From Promethearchaeota archaeon (GTDB taxonomy: Archaea; Asgardarchaeota; Lokiarchaeia; Sigyniarchaeales; SOKP01), in contig RDOA01000009.1 of assembly GCA_011364925.1 (NCBI GenBank), forward strand, positions 1-64,000: DNA of 64,000 bases, in the 5' to 3' direction. Under the pieces are notes generated by a model, which worked only from the letters and a program-made list of their open reading frames with translations, ran no database searches and was not told the origin of the DNA. Positions 40,432 to 50,800 of the stretch are shown here, piece after piece (positions within the stretch are counted from its first letter, which is position 1; every line of letters starts with the position of its first letter). The position numbers were made by a program, and so were the translations under genes.

Positions 40432-42027
40432 ATGATAACCGAAAAAAGCGTAAAAATCAATAGTCTTAATAATAAAAAGTCTAAAAAGAGACTAGTAATC
40501 ATATCTGATACACATATTACTCACGCTGCAGGAGCTTTTAATCTTCACGCTTTTAATGTGGGAATTGAGAAAATAAATAAAATTAAGAATACATCGATTT
40601 ACTTAAACTTAGGAGATGTTACCCATCTCGGTACTTTACTGGACTATGAATACGCTTTGGACCAGTTTAAGAAATTTAAACCGGTGTCTAAAAGTCCTAT
40701 AATGGTGTTAATTGGAAACCACGATGCGCTGAATGTAGGTTATTTATTATTCGAAGAAATGATTGGAAGACGACACTATGCTTATGAAGACGATGATATT
40801 TACATTCTTGGGATAGATAGCACAAAACCGGATTTACCAGGAGGTATAATTCATCACAATATAATAAATTCAGTTAGAGAAGAGTTAGAAAAACCCGAAA
40901 GAGAAAATAAGTTTAAAGTTGTGTGTTTTCACCATCAATTAATACCCATACCTTATACAGGAAAAGAACGCTCGGCGATAGATGATTCTGGAGACATGCT
41001 TAAAATGCTTTTAGAAGCTAAAGCAGATTTAGTTCTAAACGGTCATAGACACACATCTAATCTTTATACGGTTAGTAGTAGTGACAAGGATTTGTTCATT
41101 TTCAATGCGGGAACCTTTTCGTGCAATAAAACACGGTATCGAGAAATGTTTACCTATTCTATTATCGATATAGAGGGCAGCGATCTTAAGTTTAAAGTGA
41201 TTCCCGTTTTAGATTCAAATGCTACTCGTGAAATATTGCGGGAAGTAAACTATTACATTCCTCTGCAAATAGAAAAAAACCAGAAACCTATTGCAAGGTT
41301 TATCCAATTATGCAACTCATTAGTTTCAGAACCTTTGAAGAACGAAGTCAGCAATTTTGACGTAGCAATTAAGCGAATTAATCAAATTGATGGTGTTGAT
41401 TTAGTCGTACACACGGGAAATTTAACAAAGAACAGTTTTAAAGAAGAATTTAGATTAGCAAAAGATAAACTACATCAGCTTAATTATCCTTTTATAGTCG
41501 TTCCCGGATATACCGACTCTAAACCGCACGCTTGGGAATATTGGAAACAAAATTTCGGAGAATTTAACCCTTTATTTGAGAATGAAAAGATATATTTTCA
41601 GGGTATGAATTCTACTACTTTAGATTCAAAGGATGGATTTGTAGGTCGGAAAAAGTTAAGTAATTTCATTGATAAAGTATTATCACTAGGCCATCAGAAA
41701 TTATTTGGGGTGTGCTTTTTCCACAATTTAATTCCAACTCCTTTAAGCGTGTGGAGAACTGAATTAAATGATTCAGGGGATGTGTTATCTCAGTTTGCTA
41801 ACTCACATATAGATTTAGTGTTAAATTCATCTCCAAGCATATCTTTTAACATAAAAATTGAAAATACTATTTTTTCTAATGGTGGAAACTTAGAAAGCAT
41901 GTATTTTAACGAGGTTTTCATCGAAATTGAGATATTTAAGAAAGGTTTAGTAGTAGTAAAGGAACATAACTTAAAAACAGGAAAAGTAAATGTTATTGGT
42001 AATTATTACTTAACAATCCTAATCTAA
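40432..42027 (+). CDS. Tandem metallophosphoesterase (second domain degenerate)
   Basis: Domain 1 has DTH, GD, GNHD, HH and GHRH; domain 2 has GNL, PGYTD and NSSP at the equivalent sites. Confidence 0.85.
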   Translation: MITEKSVKINSLNNKKSKKRLVIISDTHITHAAGAFNLHAFNVGIEKINKIKNTSIYLNLGDVTHLGTLLDYEYALDQFKKFKPVSKSPIMVLIGNHDALNVGYLLFEEMIGRRHYAYEDDDIYILGIDSTKPDLPGGIIHHNIINSVREELEKPERENKFKVVCFHHQLIPIPYTGKERSAIDDSGDMLKMLLEAKADLVLNGHRHTSNLYTVSSSDKDLFIFNAGTFSCNKTRYREMFTYSIIDIEGSDLKFKVIPVLDSNATREILREVNYYIPLQIEKNQKPIARFIQLCNSLVSEPLKNEVSNFDVAIKRINQIDGVDLVVHTGNLTKNSFKEEFRLAKDKLHQLNYPFIVVPGYTDSKPHAWEYWKQNFGEFNPLFENEKIYFQGMNSTTLDSKDGFVGRKKLSNFIDKVLSLGHQKLFGVCFFHNLIPTPLSVWRTELNDSGDVLSQFANSHIDLVLNSSPSISFNIKIENTIFSNGGNLESMYFNEVFIEIEIFKKGLVVVKEHNLKTGKVNVIGNYYLTILI

Positions 42028-42043
42028 TTGTATTTGGCTTGTT

Positions 42044-43264
42044 ATGACAAATAATATTCTTCTGAAACAATACAATTTGGTTTTAATAAGATACGCAGAG
42101 ATTTGGCTTAAATCACAGAAAGTTAAAATCCGTATGCTGAATTATCTAATGAACAACATCAAGAATATACTAACGCGAAAAAGTATACCATTTAATAAGT
42201 ATCAGATAAGCAAAGATTCTTCAAGAGTTTTTTTCTTTTTTAATAATAAAGATATTCCAGACGCGATAAATGTAATAAAAAATACATTCGGAGTTCATTC
42301 TATTAGTCCAGCAATTAGAACATCAAACAACATCGAAAATATTACAGAAAGAACGATTGAGGTTGCACATGATGTGCTGGAAAAGAACGATTCTTTTGCA
42401 TTAAGGGTAAAGAGGTCTGGAAATCATACATATACTTCAATGGAAGTCGCTCAAATTGTTGGTAAAGCTATCTTAGATAAATTTTCTGATTTCAACCTAA
42501 AAGTTAATCTCACACAGCCCAAAAAACAAATCTTTATAGAAGTGAGAGGGGATTTTACATACATCTTTTCTCAAGTAATAAAGAGTAAATGGGGGGGGCT
42601 TCCAATAGAACCACAAAAAAAAATGTTTGTAATGGATGTCGGGAGACTTAACGATCTAATAGCAGGATTTTTGTTGTTAAGAAGGGGTGGAGAGATCTAT
42701 CCAATTTTAATTGATGTTAATGACAACAAAGCTCATGAGGAGATGTGGTTATCGAATTGGAAAGAAGTAAGTGAATATATCCCTTATAGTCGATTTCGTT
42801 TGATCAAAATCAATATTCACCATATTCTAAAGAAAATTGCTTCGGAATTGGAGTTTCTTCACTATATTTGTGGTATTTGTAGGTTAATTAGGTTTGAAAT
42901 TGTATCCAAAATTCTGAACAATCCGAGTTTTCATTTTCAGAATAAAATTAGAGCAAGTGTAGACGGGATTAGTTTGAATTGTTCGAGTCTTTGTCCTGAT
43001 TCAATTGACTTAGAATCTTTAGTACATAATAGTTTAATTTCGAATGTTCCAATATTTACACCGGCAATAGGCTTTAGTAATAGAACATTAGGTGAATTAG
43101 GAACGAAAATATCCCCCAAATTGAATGAATTTGACTATTGCCCTTTCACCCCAGAAAAACAAGAATTTAATGTGATTAAAATAAAGGAGATATACGATAG
43201 ATTGAAAATTGACAAAATAATTGAAGATAGCATAGCAGATAGGTTAGAATTAAAAATTTTATAA
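42044..43264 (+). CDS. ThiI-like THUMP-domain protein with degenerate PP-loop
   Basis: LIRYAEIWLKS, SFALRVKRSG, KVNLTQP...IEVR, GGLP; the expected SGGxDS is replaced by DVGRLND. Confidence 0.8.
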   Translation: MTNNILLKQYNLVLIRYAEIWLKSQKVKIRMLNYLMNNIKNILTRKSIPFNKYQISKDSSRVFFFFNNKDIPDAINVIKNTFGVHSISPAIRTSNNIENITERTIEVAHDVLEKNDSFALRVKRSGNHTYTSMEVAQIVGKAILDKFSDFNLKVNLTQPKKQIFIEVRGDFTYIFSQVIKSKWGGLPIEPQKKMFVMDVGRLNDLIAGFLLLRRGGEIYPILIDVNDNKAHEEMWLSNWKEVSEYIPYSRFRLIKINIHHILKKIASELEFLHYICGICRLIRFEIVSKILNNPSFHFQNKIRASVDGISLNCSSLCPDSIDLESLVHNSLISNVPIFTPAIGFSNRTLGELGTKISPKLNEFDYCPFTPEKQEFNVIKIKEIYDRLKIDKIIEDSIADRLELKIL

Positions 43265-43368
43265 GTGAATTATTTAGAAATTTATTATTTTTCATTATAA
43301 ATAAGCTTAAAAGTAAGTCTAATTTACTAAAATTGACTAAATTAGGAATAGAATTGGTGTAAAGTCTA

Positions 43369-43650
43369 ATGGTTAAAGTTGATTTGAATTTGTTAAACAT
43401 ATTCGTGCTACGAGTTAAGAAAAGTAAGATTCAATACGAGGGAGATACCGTAGGCGACATCATTTCCCAATTTCTTGCAGAATATAAAGATCTCTTAGAT
43501 GATAGTATTCTAACTAAAAATAAGAAGAAGTTAAATCCACAAATGGTAATTTTACTCAACGGTAGAAACATTACCTACATGAAAAATTATAAAACAAAAC
43601 TAAATGACGGAGATCAAATCTATTTATCTTTTCCTATATCGGGAGGTTAA
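43369..43650 (+). CDS. MoaD/ThiS/SAMP/Urm1-like ubiquitin-fold sulfur carrier
   Basis: ILLNGRNI...LNDGD...FPISGG with C-terminal GG. Confidence 0.9.
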   Translation: MVKVDLNLLNIFVLRVKKSKIQYEGDTVGDIISQFLAEYKDLLDDSILTKNKKKLNPQMVILLNGRNITYMKNYKTKLNDGDQIYLSFPISGG

Positions 43651-43813
43651 TCTATTTATAGAACACAATAATAAAATTCGATATCGCTTTCAAAAATTCC
43701 CTAAAAAGTAATAATTTATTAATTCCTTCTACTATAAATATGTTGTAGGATTTTTTCCGACAATTTCTAAAAGAAAATTTTAAGATTTATTGCGTGGATT
43801 CTGGTAATAAAAG

Positions 43814-44746
43814 ATGAAGAAAATTGCTTTTATGGGGCTTGACTATGCGGGCAAGACCAGCATCATTACTGCGATCACAAAAAGGTTTGGTTTTGAAGAA
43901 GAAATATTGAATTTACTCCCTACCAGAAAAATTGCTCGAGATGCATTTAAATTCTTAGGTATCGAATTTACTCGTCTTGATTTCGGTGGCCAATTGCAAT
44001 ACAGAGAGGAATATCTGAAACATCCAACTAAGTACATTAGCGGAACCGATTTATTGTTCTACGTTATCGATGCTCAAGATTACGATAGATACGTTGAGAC
44101 TATAGATTATCTTGACCAAATTTTGCTTTTTCTAAAGGAGGATCAAGAATACCCTCCGTTGTGCATATTACTTCATAAATTCGATCCCGAACTAACTCGT
44201 GAAAAAGTAATAAATCAAAGAGTTTTAACAATTAAGCAAGCTCTTCTACGTTATAGTCATGATTTCGACATATTTTTCTTTGAGACTTCAATTTACGATA
44301 TAAAATCGATAATGGATGCTTTCTCCTCAGGTCTATCATTATTGTTTGACAAAATAGAGATGGTTTCTCGTTTGTTTTCTCGAATTAGCAAGAATTACAA
44401 CTCGATTTTGATGGCCCTCTTTGATTCTAAGGGGATAACAATAGGAGAATATTATAGGCCTCATTTACACTTAACGGAAAAAATTCGGATTTATGATAAA
44501 TACTTGGAAGTCCAAAAAAGAATTTTAACTGAAAACAGAAAGCGTTTGGAGTTTTCAGATAAATTTGATGATGGAAATAGATATTCAGGATTGGTAGAAG
44601 CGTTGAAGTTTGGAAATCTAGACTTTTATTTGCTTTTCATAATAGAAGAAGACGAAGAACATCTGGAAAAAACTATTGAAGTCTTAGACAAATTAGAATC
44701 AGCAAAAGCTCAAATGGAATCCATAATAATAGAATTAATTCAGTGA
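43814..44746 (+). CDS. Rag/Gtr-like GTPase with C-terminal roadblock-like domain
   Basis: GLDYAGKTS, DFGGQ, G4 HKFD, G5 TSIYD; C-terminal MALFDSKGITIGE. Confidence 0.8.
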   Translation: MKKIAFMGLDYAGKTSIITAITKRFGFEEEILNLLPTRKIARDAFKFLGIEFTRLDFGGQLQYREEYLKHPTKYISGTDLLFYVIDAQDYDRYVETIDYLDQILLFLKEDQEYPPLCILLHKFDPELTREKVINQRVLTIKQALLRYSHDFDIFFFETSIYDIKSIMDAFSSGLSLLFDKIEMVSRLFSRISKNYNSILMALFDSKGITIGEYYRPHLHLTEKIRIYDKYLEVQKRILTENRKRLEFSDKFDDGNRYSGLVEALKFGNLDFYLLFIIEEDEEHLEKTIEVLDKLESAKAQMESIIIELIQ

Positions 44747-44782
44747 AATGAGCATATTAATTTTACCTGAATCCTTAATTCA

Positions 44783-45031
44783 CTAAAAGGTCAATTGAAT
44801 TGTTATTGCTTCTTCACCCTTTAAATGAACTGGTCCAATTGTTTTCTTTGGAATTTTGGTAATTCCTCTCGTTATTATCTTTTTTACTACTTCTTTATTT
44901 AAATCATCAGGATTATATCTTATGAAATTAATTAATTGAGAGGAAATTTCCTCAATTGCTTTATCGTAAAGATTAGACTCAGAATATAATTCTTTATTCA
45001 ATTCGCTTAAGACAATAATTTTACCGAGCAT
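44783..45031 (-). CDS. Small hypothetical protein
   Basis: 82-aa ORF downstream of the tRNA; AGGATG upstream. Confidence 0.55.
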   Translation of the reverse strand: MLGKIIVLSELNKELYSESNLYDKAIEEISSQLINFIRYNPDDLNKEVVKKIITRGITKIPKKTIGPVHLKGEEAITIQLTF

Positions 45032-45066
45032 TTCAACATCCTATATTTCATTTAATTGGGTAATAG

Positions 45067-45171
45067 CGCAGATGGAGGGATTCGAACCCCCGAGCGCTTA
45101 CGCGCACCGGCTTTAACGGATATAAGGTAATACTCTCGAAGCCGGCGTCTTACCAGCTAGGCTACATCTGC
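45067..45171 (-). tRNA. tRNA-Ser(CGA) with 22-nt intron at 37/38 (45113-45134)
   Basis: Acceptor GCAGATG/CATCTGC plus discriminator G, anticodon stem CCGGC/GCCGG, loop TT-CGA-G[intron]A, long variable arm, GGTTCGAATCC T-arm; no encoded CCA. Confidence 0.93.
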
Positions 45172-45259
45172 TTTAAATAATGTACGTAATTAGGATTAGT
45201 TAAAAGGAATATAAATTTTTTTCTAAAACCTTTATTTATCGATTATAATAGTATAAAAA

Positions 45260-45559
45260 CTAAGAGTTTGGAACATAAATCTTTAACTTTAATCCAGGAT
45301 CTAATAATTTTATTAAACCTTCTTCTTCGTATTGCTTCAATAACAATTTAACCGTTGAGATTCTTAAGTCATACCTCAATGCCATATCAGATGCCAGTAT
45401 GGACTTCCTTTTAGGAAGGGATTCTCGGATCTCTTTCTCTATAGCAATAGGAATAAACGCATCTCTTTCTACAATACTAATCTGTTTTGTTCTACCGTAC
45501 TTCCTTCTTAAATTAAGAGTAGCTTTTCGGACTAATAACTTCTCTTCTTTTTCAGACAT
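45260..45559 (-). CDS. rps25e: Ribosomal protein eS25-like
   Basis: Basic 99-aa wHTH: LPKRKSI...MALRYDLRISTVKLLLKQYEEEGLIKLL...KIY. Confidence 0.7.
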   Translation of the reverse strand: MSEKEEKLLVRKATLNLRRKYGRTKQISIVERDAFIPIAIEKEIRESLPKRKSILASDMALRYDLRISTVKLLLKQYEEEGLIKLLDPGLKLKIYVPNS

Positions 45560-45712
45560 AGTTCCACCATTAAAATAACGAAATGTTAAAAATTAAAGCT
45601 CTAATCAAATTATTAAATATTTAAATTTTAATAAAATTTGCGATTTACAAAACGAATTAAGAAAGCTATTTTCAGATTAATTCATTGATCATATCAATTA
45701 GGGATATCCAAT

Positions 45713-46345
45713 TTGAACAACGATTATTTTTTTGATGTCAAAAAAAAACGACCTGAAGAATTATTTGAGAGCGTGTTAGATTATTTTAAAGATGAAACCC
45801 TCTTTAATTATGCCACATCTAAATCAATTATGCGTACCCAAAGAAAGATAACATTAAGAACGCTAGAATTGTTAGAGCTTAAAAATAATCAACATTTAAT
45901 TCTTGATGCTGGTTGTGGTCCTGGATTTGTAGCGATGTACTTGGATGAATTAGGCTATAAAACAATTGCTTTAGACTTAATACTGAACTTCCTTAAATTT
46001 TATGAAATTCAAGATTTAAATCCTGTACTTGCTGACATGTGTTATCCTCCATTTCAGCCAGATGTCTTCGATGCCATTATTTCTATTTCAGCTTTACAAT
46101 GGATTTATATACATCTTAATCTAAAGAAAAAGAGAGAGGATTTAATTAATCTTTTTAAAATGTTTTATACGATTCTGAAGCCCAAAGGAAAAGCAGTCTT
46201 TCAATTTTATCCAAAAGATAAAATGGTAATGGATAATATTGGAGATTTGATATCTAAAAACACAAAATTTAACGGAAATTTTGTGATTGACAATCCTAAT
46301 AGCCCTAAAAAAAGAAAGATTTATTTACTCTTAAAAAAAGAGTAA
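45713..46345 (+). CDS. Class I SAM-dependent methyltransferase, Bud23/WBSCR22-like
   Basis: RPE, Q..ITLRTLELL, ILDAGCGPG, FDAIISISALQW, AVFQFYP, VIDNPNSPKKRKIYL. Confidence 0.8.
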   Translation: MNNDYFFDVKKKRPEELFESVLDYFKDETLFNYATSKSIMRTQRKITLRTLELLELKNNQHLILDAGCGPGFVAMYLDELGYKTIALDLILNFLKFYEIQDLNPVLADMCYPPFQPDVFDAIISISALQWIYIHLNLKKKREDLINLFKMFYTILKPKGKAVFQFYPKDKMVMDNIGDLISKNTKFNGNFVIDNPNSPKKRKIYLLLKKE

Positions 46346-46518
46346 TAATAAAATAGTTTATCATCATAATACATACAACTTTAGCATTTAGGATAGCATA
46401 AGATTTTAATTAAGTATTTTTATAAATTTGTTAAAAATCTCAATATTCTAAAAATTTGCTTTAAACAGGATTTTGATAACCTTTATTAAAGTAGCTTTAT
46501 AGGAGGTACGTTTTAAAT

Positions 46519-47631
46519 ATGCCTGTGGGTTTAGTGGTTATGAAATGGGATGATCGTGTTGGGACAGAGATTTTAACTAAGTATCCCGAAGAATTGGCGA
46601 TAACCGATAAAACATTGATGCAAGTATATAGTACGCACGAGTACAGCGGAGAATCAGGGATGATTAGCTTAATGGTTGGATCTCTAAATATCGCATCATA
46701 TTACACTGGACCAGATAAAGGCTACTACTTACTGCTATTATTGAATATAGATGATGATCCCGATACATATGAGGGAGGATTAATCACAGCTTCTAGGACT
46801 GTTTTAGAAAACCTTGAAAACGATGCATACAAACAAATGATTCCCTTTCTTTATAGGAGACTTTCCGTATTCCCGACTTTAACTAATGAACAACAACTTG
46901 CAGAATTTTATCAAGATGAAGTAAAACGTTTGATTTTAGACCGTTTGCGAGAAGAAGGCACAGTTTCTAAATCAGAATTAACAATTTGGCTTAAAGATAG
47001 ATACAAACATGGATTCGTAGATTTAGAAGGTGCTATTTTAGAACTCATTAAAAAAGATATCGTTAAGGAATCATCAGTGAAAGGAATACCTTCTGAGTTA
47101 CTCTTTCTGACGAATGATCTATTGGTGATGAGAATTCCTGCAACAGTTCTTTATAAATCACCTAGTGATAGAGGTTTACCTTCCCAATTTAGTAAAGATT
47201 ATTTAACGGAAACAAGGAATTATTTTCAGAAGTACCATCCTTCTGAGGAGGATAACCTTAGAATAGCGCAAATGTTCAGTGATCCTCAGGCATATGAAGT
47301 CTTGAGATTATTGAGAACTGCAATTGTAACAAAGAACGATCTTGAAAAATTGAAGAAGAAAGGAGTTGAAGACATTGATAATATTCTGAGATTACTTTGG
47401 GAAAATCAGATGATTCTGGTTTTTAGAGACGATAAAAATACTGAATATTATGCTCTTCTTACGGATTTTCTTATACAATTAATTTTCCCTAAATATTTAT
47501 TAAATGTAATTAAATCTGAATACGATACTAAATCAAAAGCAGAGCATGTTTTAATAGAATACCTTAATGTTCTTGAAGACACCTATTTAGGTTTAAAATC
47601 GATTGTTAAATCAAGAAAAAAAGCTAAATAG
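46519..47631 (+). CDS. Longin/uDENN plus winged-helix protein (NPRL2/3-like), paralog A
   Basis: N-terminal LVVMKWDDRVGTEILTKYP; two wHTH-like segments; SD AGGAGGT. Confidence 0.6.
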   Translation: MPVGLVVMKWDDRVGTEILTKYPEELAITDKTLMQVYSTHEYSGESGMISLMVGSLNIASYYTGPDKGYYLLLLLNIDDDPDTYEGGLITASRTVLENLENDAYKQMIPFLYRRLSVFPTLTNEQQLAEFYQDEVKRLILDRLREEGTVSKSELTIWLKDRYKHGFVDLEGAILELIKKDIVKESSVKGIPSELLFLTNDLLVMRIPATVLYKSPSDRGLPSQFSKDYLTETRNYFQKYHPSEEDNLRIAQMFSDPQAYEVLRLLRTAIVTKNDLEKLKKKGVEDIDNILRLLWENQMILVFRDDKNTEYYALLTDFLIQLIFPKYLLNVIKSEYDTKSKAEHVLIEYLNVLEDTYLGLKSIVKSRKKAK

Positions 47632-47835
47632 GAATGGCTATTCGTTCCTTATTATATTTCTTCTAATTTTGGAAATTTTCAAATTGATTTTTAGGTTTAA
47701 AAACGAATAATTGCTTATATTAGGTTTATTAAGATTCTTTTTACTAATAATTAAATATGCAAAAAGGTACTTATAAAGTTAAAAAGTTCTTATTTTAAAG
47801 CATATCTAAAAAAAAACATAAATAGGTAAATGTAA

Positions 47836-50800
47836 ATGAATGTTAGAAAAAAACAAAAATTCAAAATGACACTGGTTTTACTTACGATCTTAATTCCAAC
47901 TGCTACATTTTCTATGATTTTATTTAATCAAGGAAATTATGGCGACAAAAATAATATGATATCTGATGGAGCGGAAAATCCGTTTGATAGGGAAGGAGGA
48001 GATAACTATTATCCCAGAACTTCCGAAATCACTCATTTGAATGACAAATATGATTTATCTATCTGGTGGAATAAGACTTATAGGTTCAGAATTGGTTTTG
48101 TTTTAGAAGAAACTGAAGGAATTGATCGCTATCAACCTGTTGATGTGTTTTTTACATTCAGAGAGGATGAACATTATGAAAACACTGAAAGACTCGTTAG
48201 CTTTAACGCAACGGGAAACGATGAGTGGAGCGATCCATTACCGTTGCAAATGTGGAACATAACTAAATATCCCGCGACGAATTTTATAGAATCCTGTACA
48301 GTAACATTTCTCGCAAATGTTTCAGCTAATACAAACAAAACGTATTTTCTTTATTACAATGAAAATAATGCGGGAATTGAACAAATTGTATATAATACTG
48401 GTTTCACAAGCGAGAAATCGGGGTTGACTCTAACTGTAACAGTAGGAACTGACTATCAAGTGGTCCTAAAGCAAGGATTAGCGTCAACGCAGTTAATAAG
48501 AGAAGGATTAAATTATCACCAAGATGAGTCTTTAGCTCCAGAAAAGCAATTATCAGATCCAAGCTTGAAATTTTTGGCTCATTTTGAGAATTCAGTTTCT
48601 GATTCGTCAGGGAACGAACCAGATGGAACTATCAATGGTGATCCTCAATATATAACGGGAATAGTACAATATGGAATGGATTTTGACGGAAATGATTTTG
48701 TAAGTTATGCTAATGGCCTTGAAAGCATAGGAGATCCACTAAACGGCCTTAGCAACGAATTTACGGTATGTTTTTGGATTAACCCCGATGATTTATCAGG
48801 TGGAGCAACTAATCACCAAACTGAGAATGTAGTGGCAGCTAAAGCTAGTGATTCATACAATGATAACTTTGAATTGGGAGTGAACAACGAAGGAAACATC
48901 CATGTTTATCTTGATACCGAGACCAGAGATACCTTTGCTGATTTTGCCCCCGCTGGAACAATTACTACTACAGGTGGGTGGTATTTTGTCGCTTTTAGAT
49001 ATCAACAGGGGATTGCTGAAGTAAGGATTGTTCAAATAAACAATCCAAGCAATCCAAATAATGATATCTGGTGGTCAATGCCTAATTGGAATGGAGCAGA
49101 CGATCTTGATGAAGCTGATGGTAGTCCGTTCACTATTGGAGCTTCTGAGCACATAGATCAATTTTTCAAAGGCGCAATTGACGAGTTTGCCGTTTACAAT
49201 ATATATCTTTCTGATCAAGAAGTTGAAGATTTTAAATACGGTTCAATGCCCTCTTCGATTCAATCAATAACAGAATTAGAGAATGGTCCCGTATTTTCCA
49301 GCTATGACGTTAAATGGACAACTACGTTTGATATGCATATTGAAGATACTTGTACATTTTACTACGATTATGAACTATGGAATCTAGAACGAAGTATTTA
49401 CTTTGAAAACGAATTCAACTACACGATTGATAGAATGTTTGCTTTAAATACAAATTATAATTTTACGGTAGTTGATGATCACGAGGACTTGTTATACATC
49501 TACGATGGTATTATCCAAAAAGACATAACTTCCGCGGGATTTGTTGCTGAAAATTATACTATTGTTCATAACGCTCCAGATGCATCTAAAGATGCAATAG
49601 GAGTGTTCATTGAAGGATATGAATTATCTGATCCCGCCCATACATCGATATCGTACCTTAAAGGTGATGTAATTTACGATAATGGTGATGTTGAGTTTAT
49701 ACCCGGTTCATTAAACGATTTTGATAATAGCGTTGGGAACGAATCCTATCAACTAAAGATCAATTTCTGGGAATTGGCAGGAAGTGTTAATAAATCAGGA
49801 AATTTAGATAATACTGGCATGATCCAATATTTTGACGACACATTGTTATCCTTACGGGAAGAAGTAGACGTTTTTATTTATCAACAGGATAGCCTTTTCT
49901 ACAGCATCGACGTAAATGTGACTGATATTGATGGAAAATTAGTTCCAGACGCGACAGTAACCGTTTGGAATGCATCTGATTATACTACCTTCTGGACTCA
50001 AGACACAGATGCGTTTGGTCGTACTATTTTTAATCGATTTGAAAACGGACTTTATGTAGTAAATGTGTCTTACGTAAGATATGGCCAAACTCTTAGCATC
50101 ACAAATCCACAAGTTATTGAACTTAATGAAACTAATGTAGATACGTTTGGAGTATATTACCTTAGCTTTACTAATGTAAAGTTAACTTCTTTAGAGTTAA
50201 AGTTTCAGCGAGAAGATATGGGTACGATTCAAGAGGACGTAGTCGGTGCTAACATCACTTTTTCGATTGACGACGGTTCTGGATCAGTTATATTAGGATA
50301 TGAACTTACTAACTCCACTGGTGTTACTATATTTAGATGGGCTAATCTGACAGATGCTAATAGTGGAAATGTGAGTCTTACGGTTAATTGGCACGGCGAG
50401 AATTATGAAGATTTAGCTTGTGCTGATGATCTAAACCCTTCAGATATCGCTAGTATAACTTTACCCTTTTATCAATATCTCTATTCCGTTATAAATGTAT
50501 CTACTGGAAATACTTATCAATCTTTCCTAACAGTCAATGAAAGTGGAACAATAGATGTGATGTTAGGAGACCCATTGAGTCTTTGGGTAAATTACACTCA
50601 ACAAAAGAATTTGGATCCAATAACTCCAATTGAAGGTGGAACTGTAAGCTATAATATAAAAATCGGTACGCTACAAATTAATTCAGGAACACTCACATTT
50701 TCTGAAACGGGAAATGGTGTCTACAGTCTTTATATCGATACTTCAAATCCTGTAGAACCTGCTGGTGCGAATTGGTTATCCAGTGAGACATATACAATGG

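Noticed and set aside
19291-44746. Genome-wide reassignment of UGA
   Set aside because: TGA is the ordinary stop of several complete genes (ending at 20523, 33500, 39686, 44746), so recoding is local
45067-45171. tRNA-Sec or tRNA-Leu
   Set aside because: The 7-bp acceptor stem, anticodon CGA after U33 and discriminator G indicate tRNA-Ser; no intron placement yields a UCA or Leu anticodon with a proper loop
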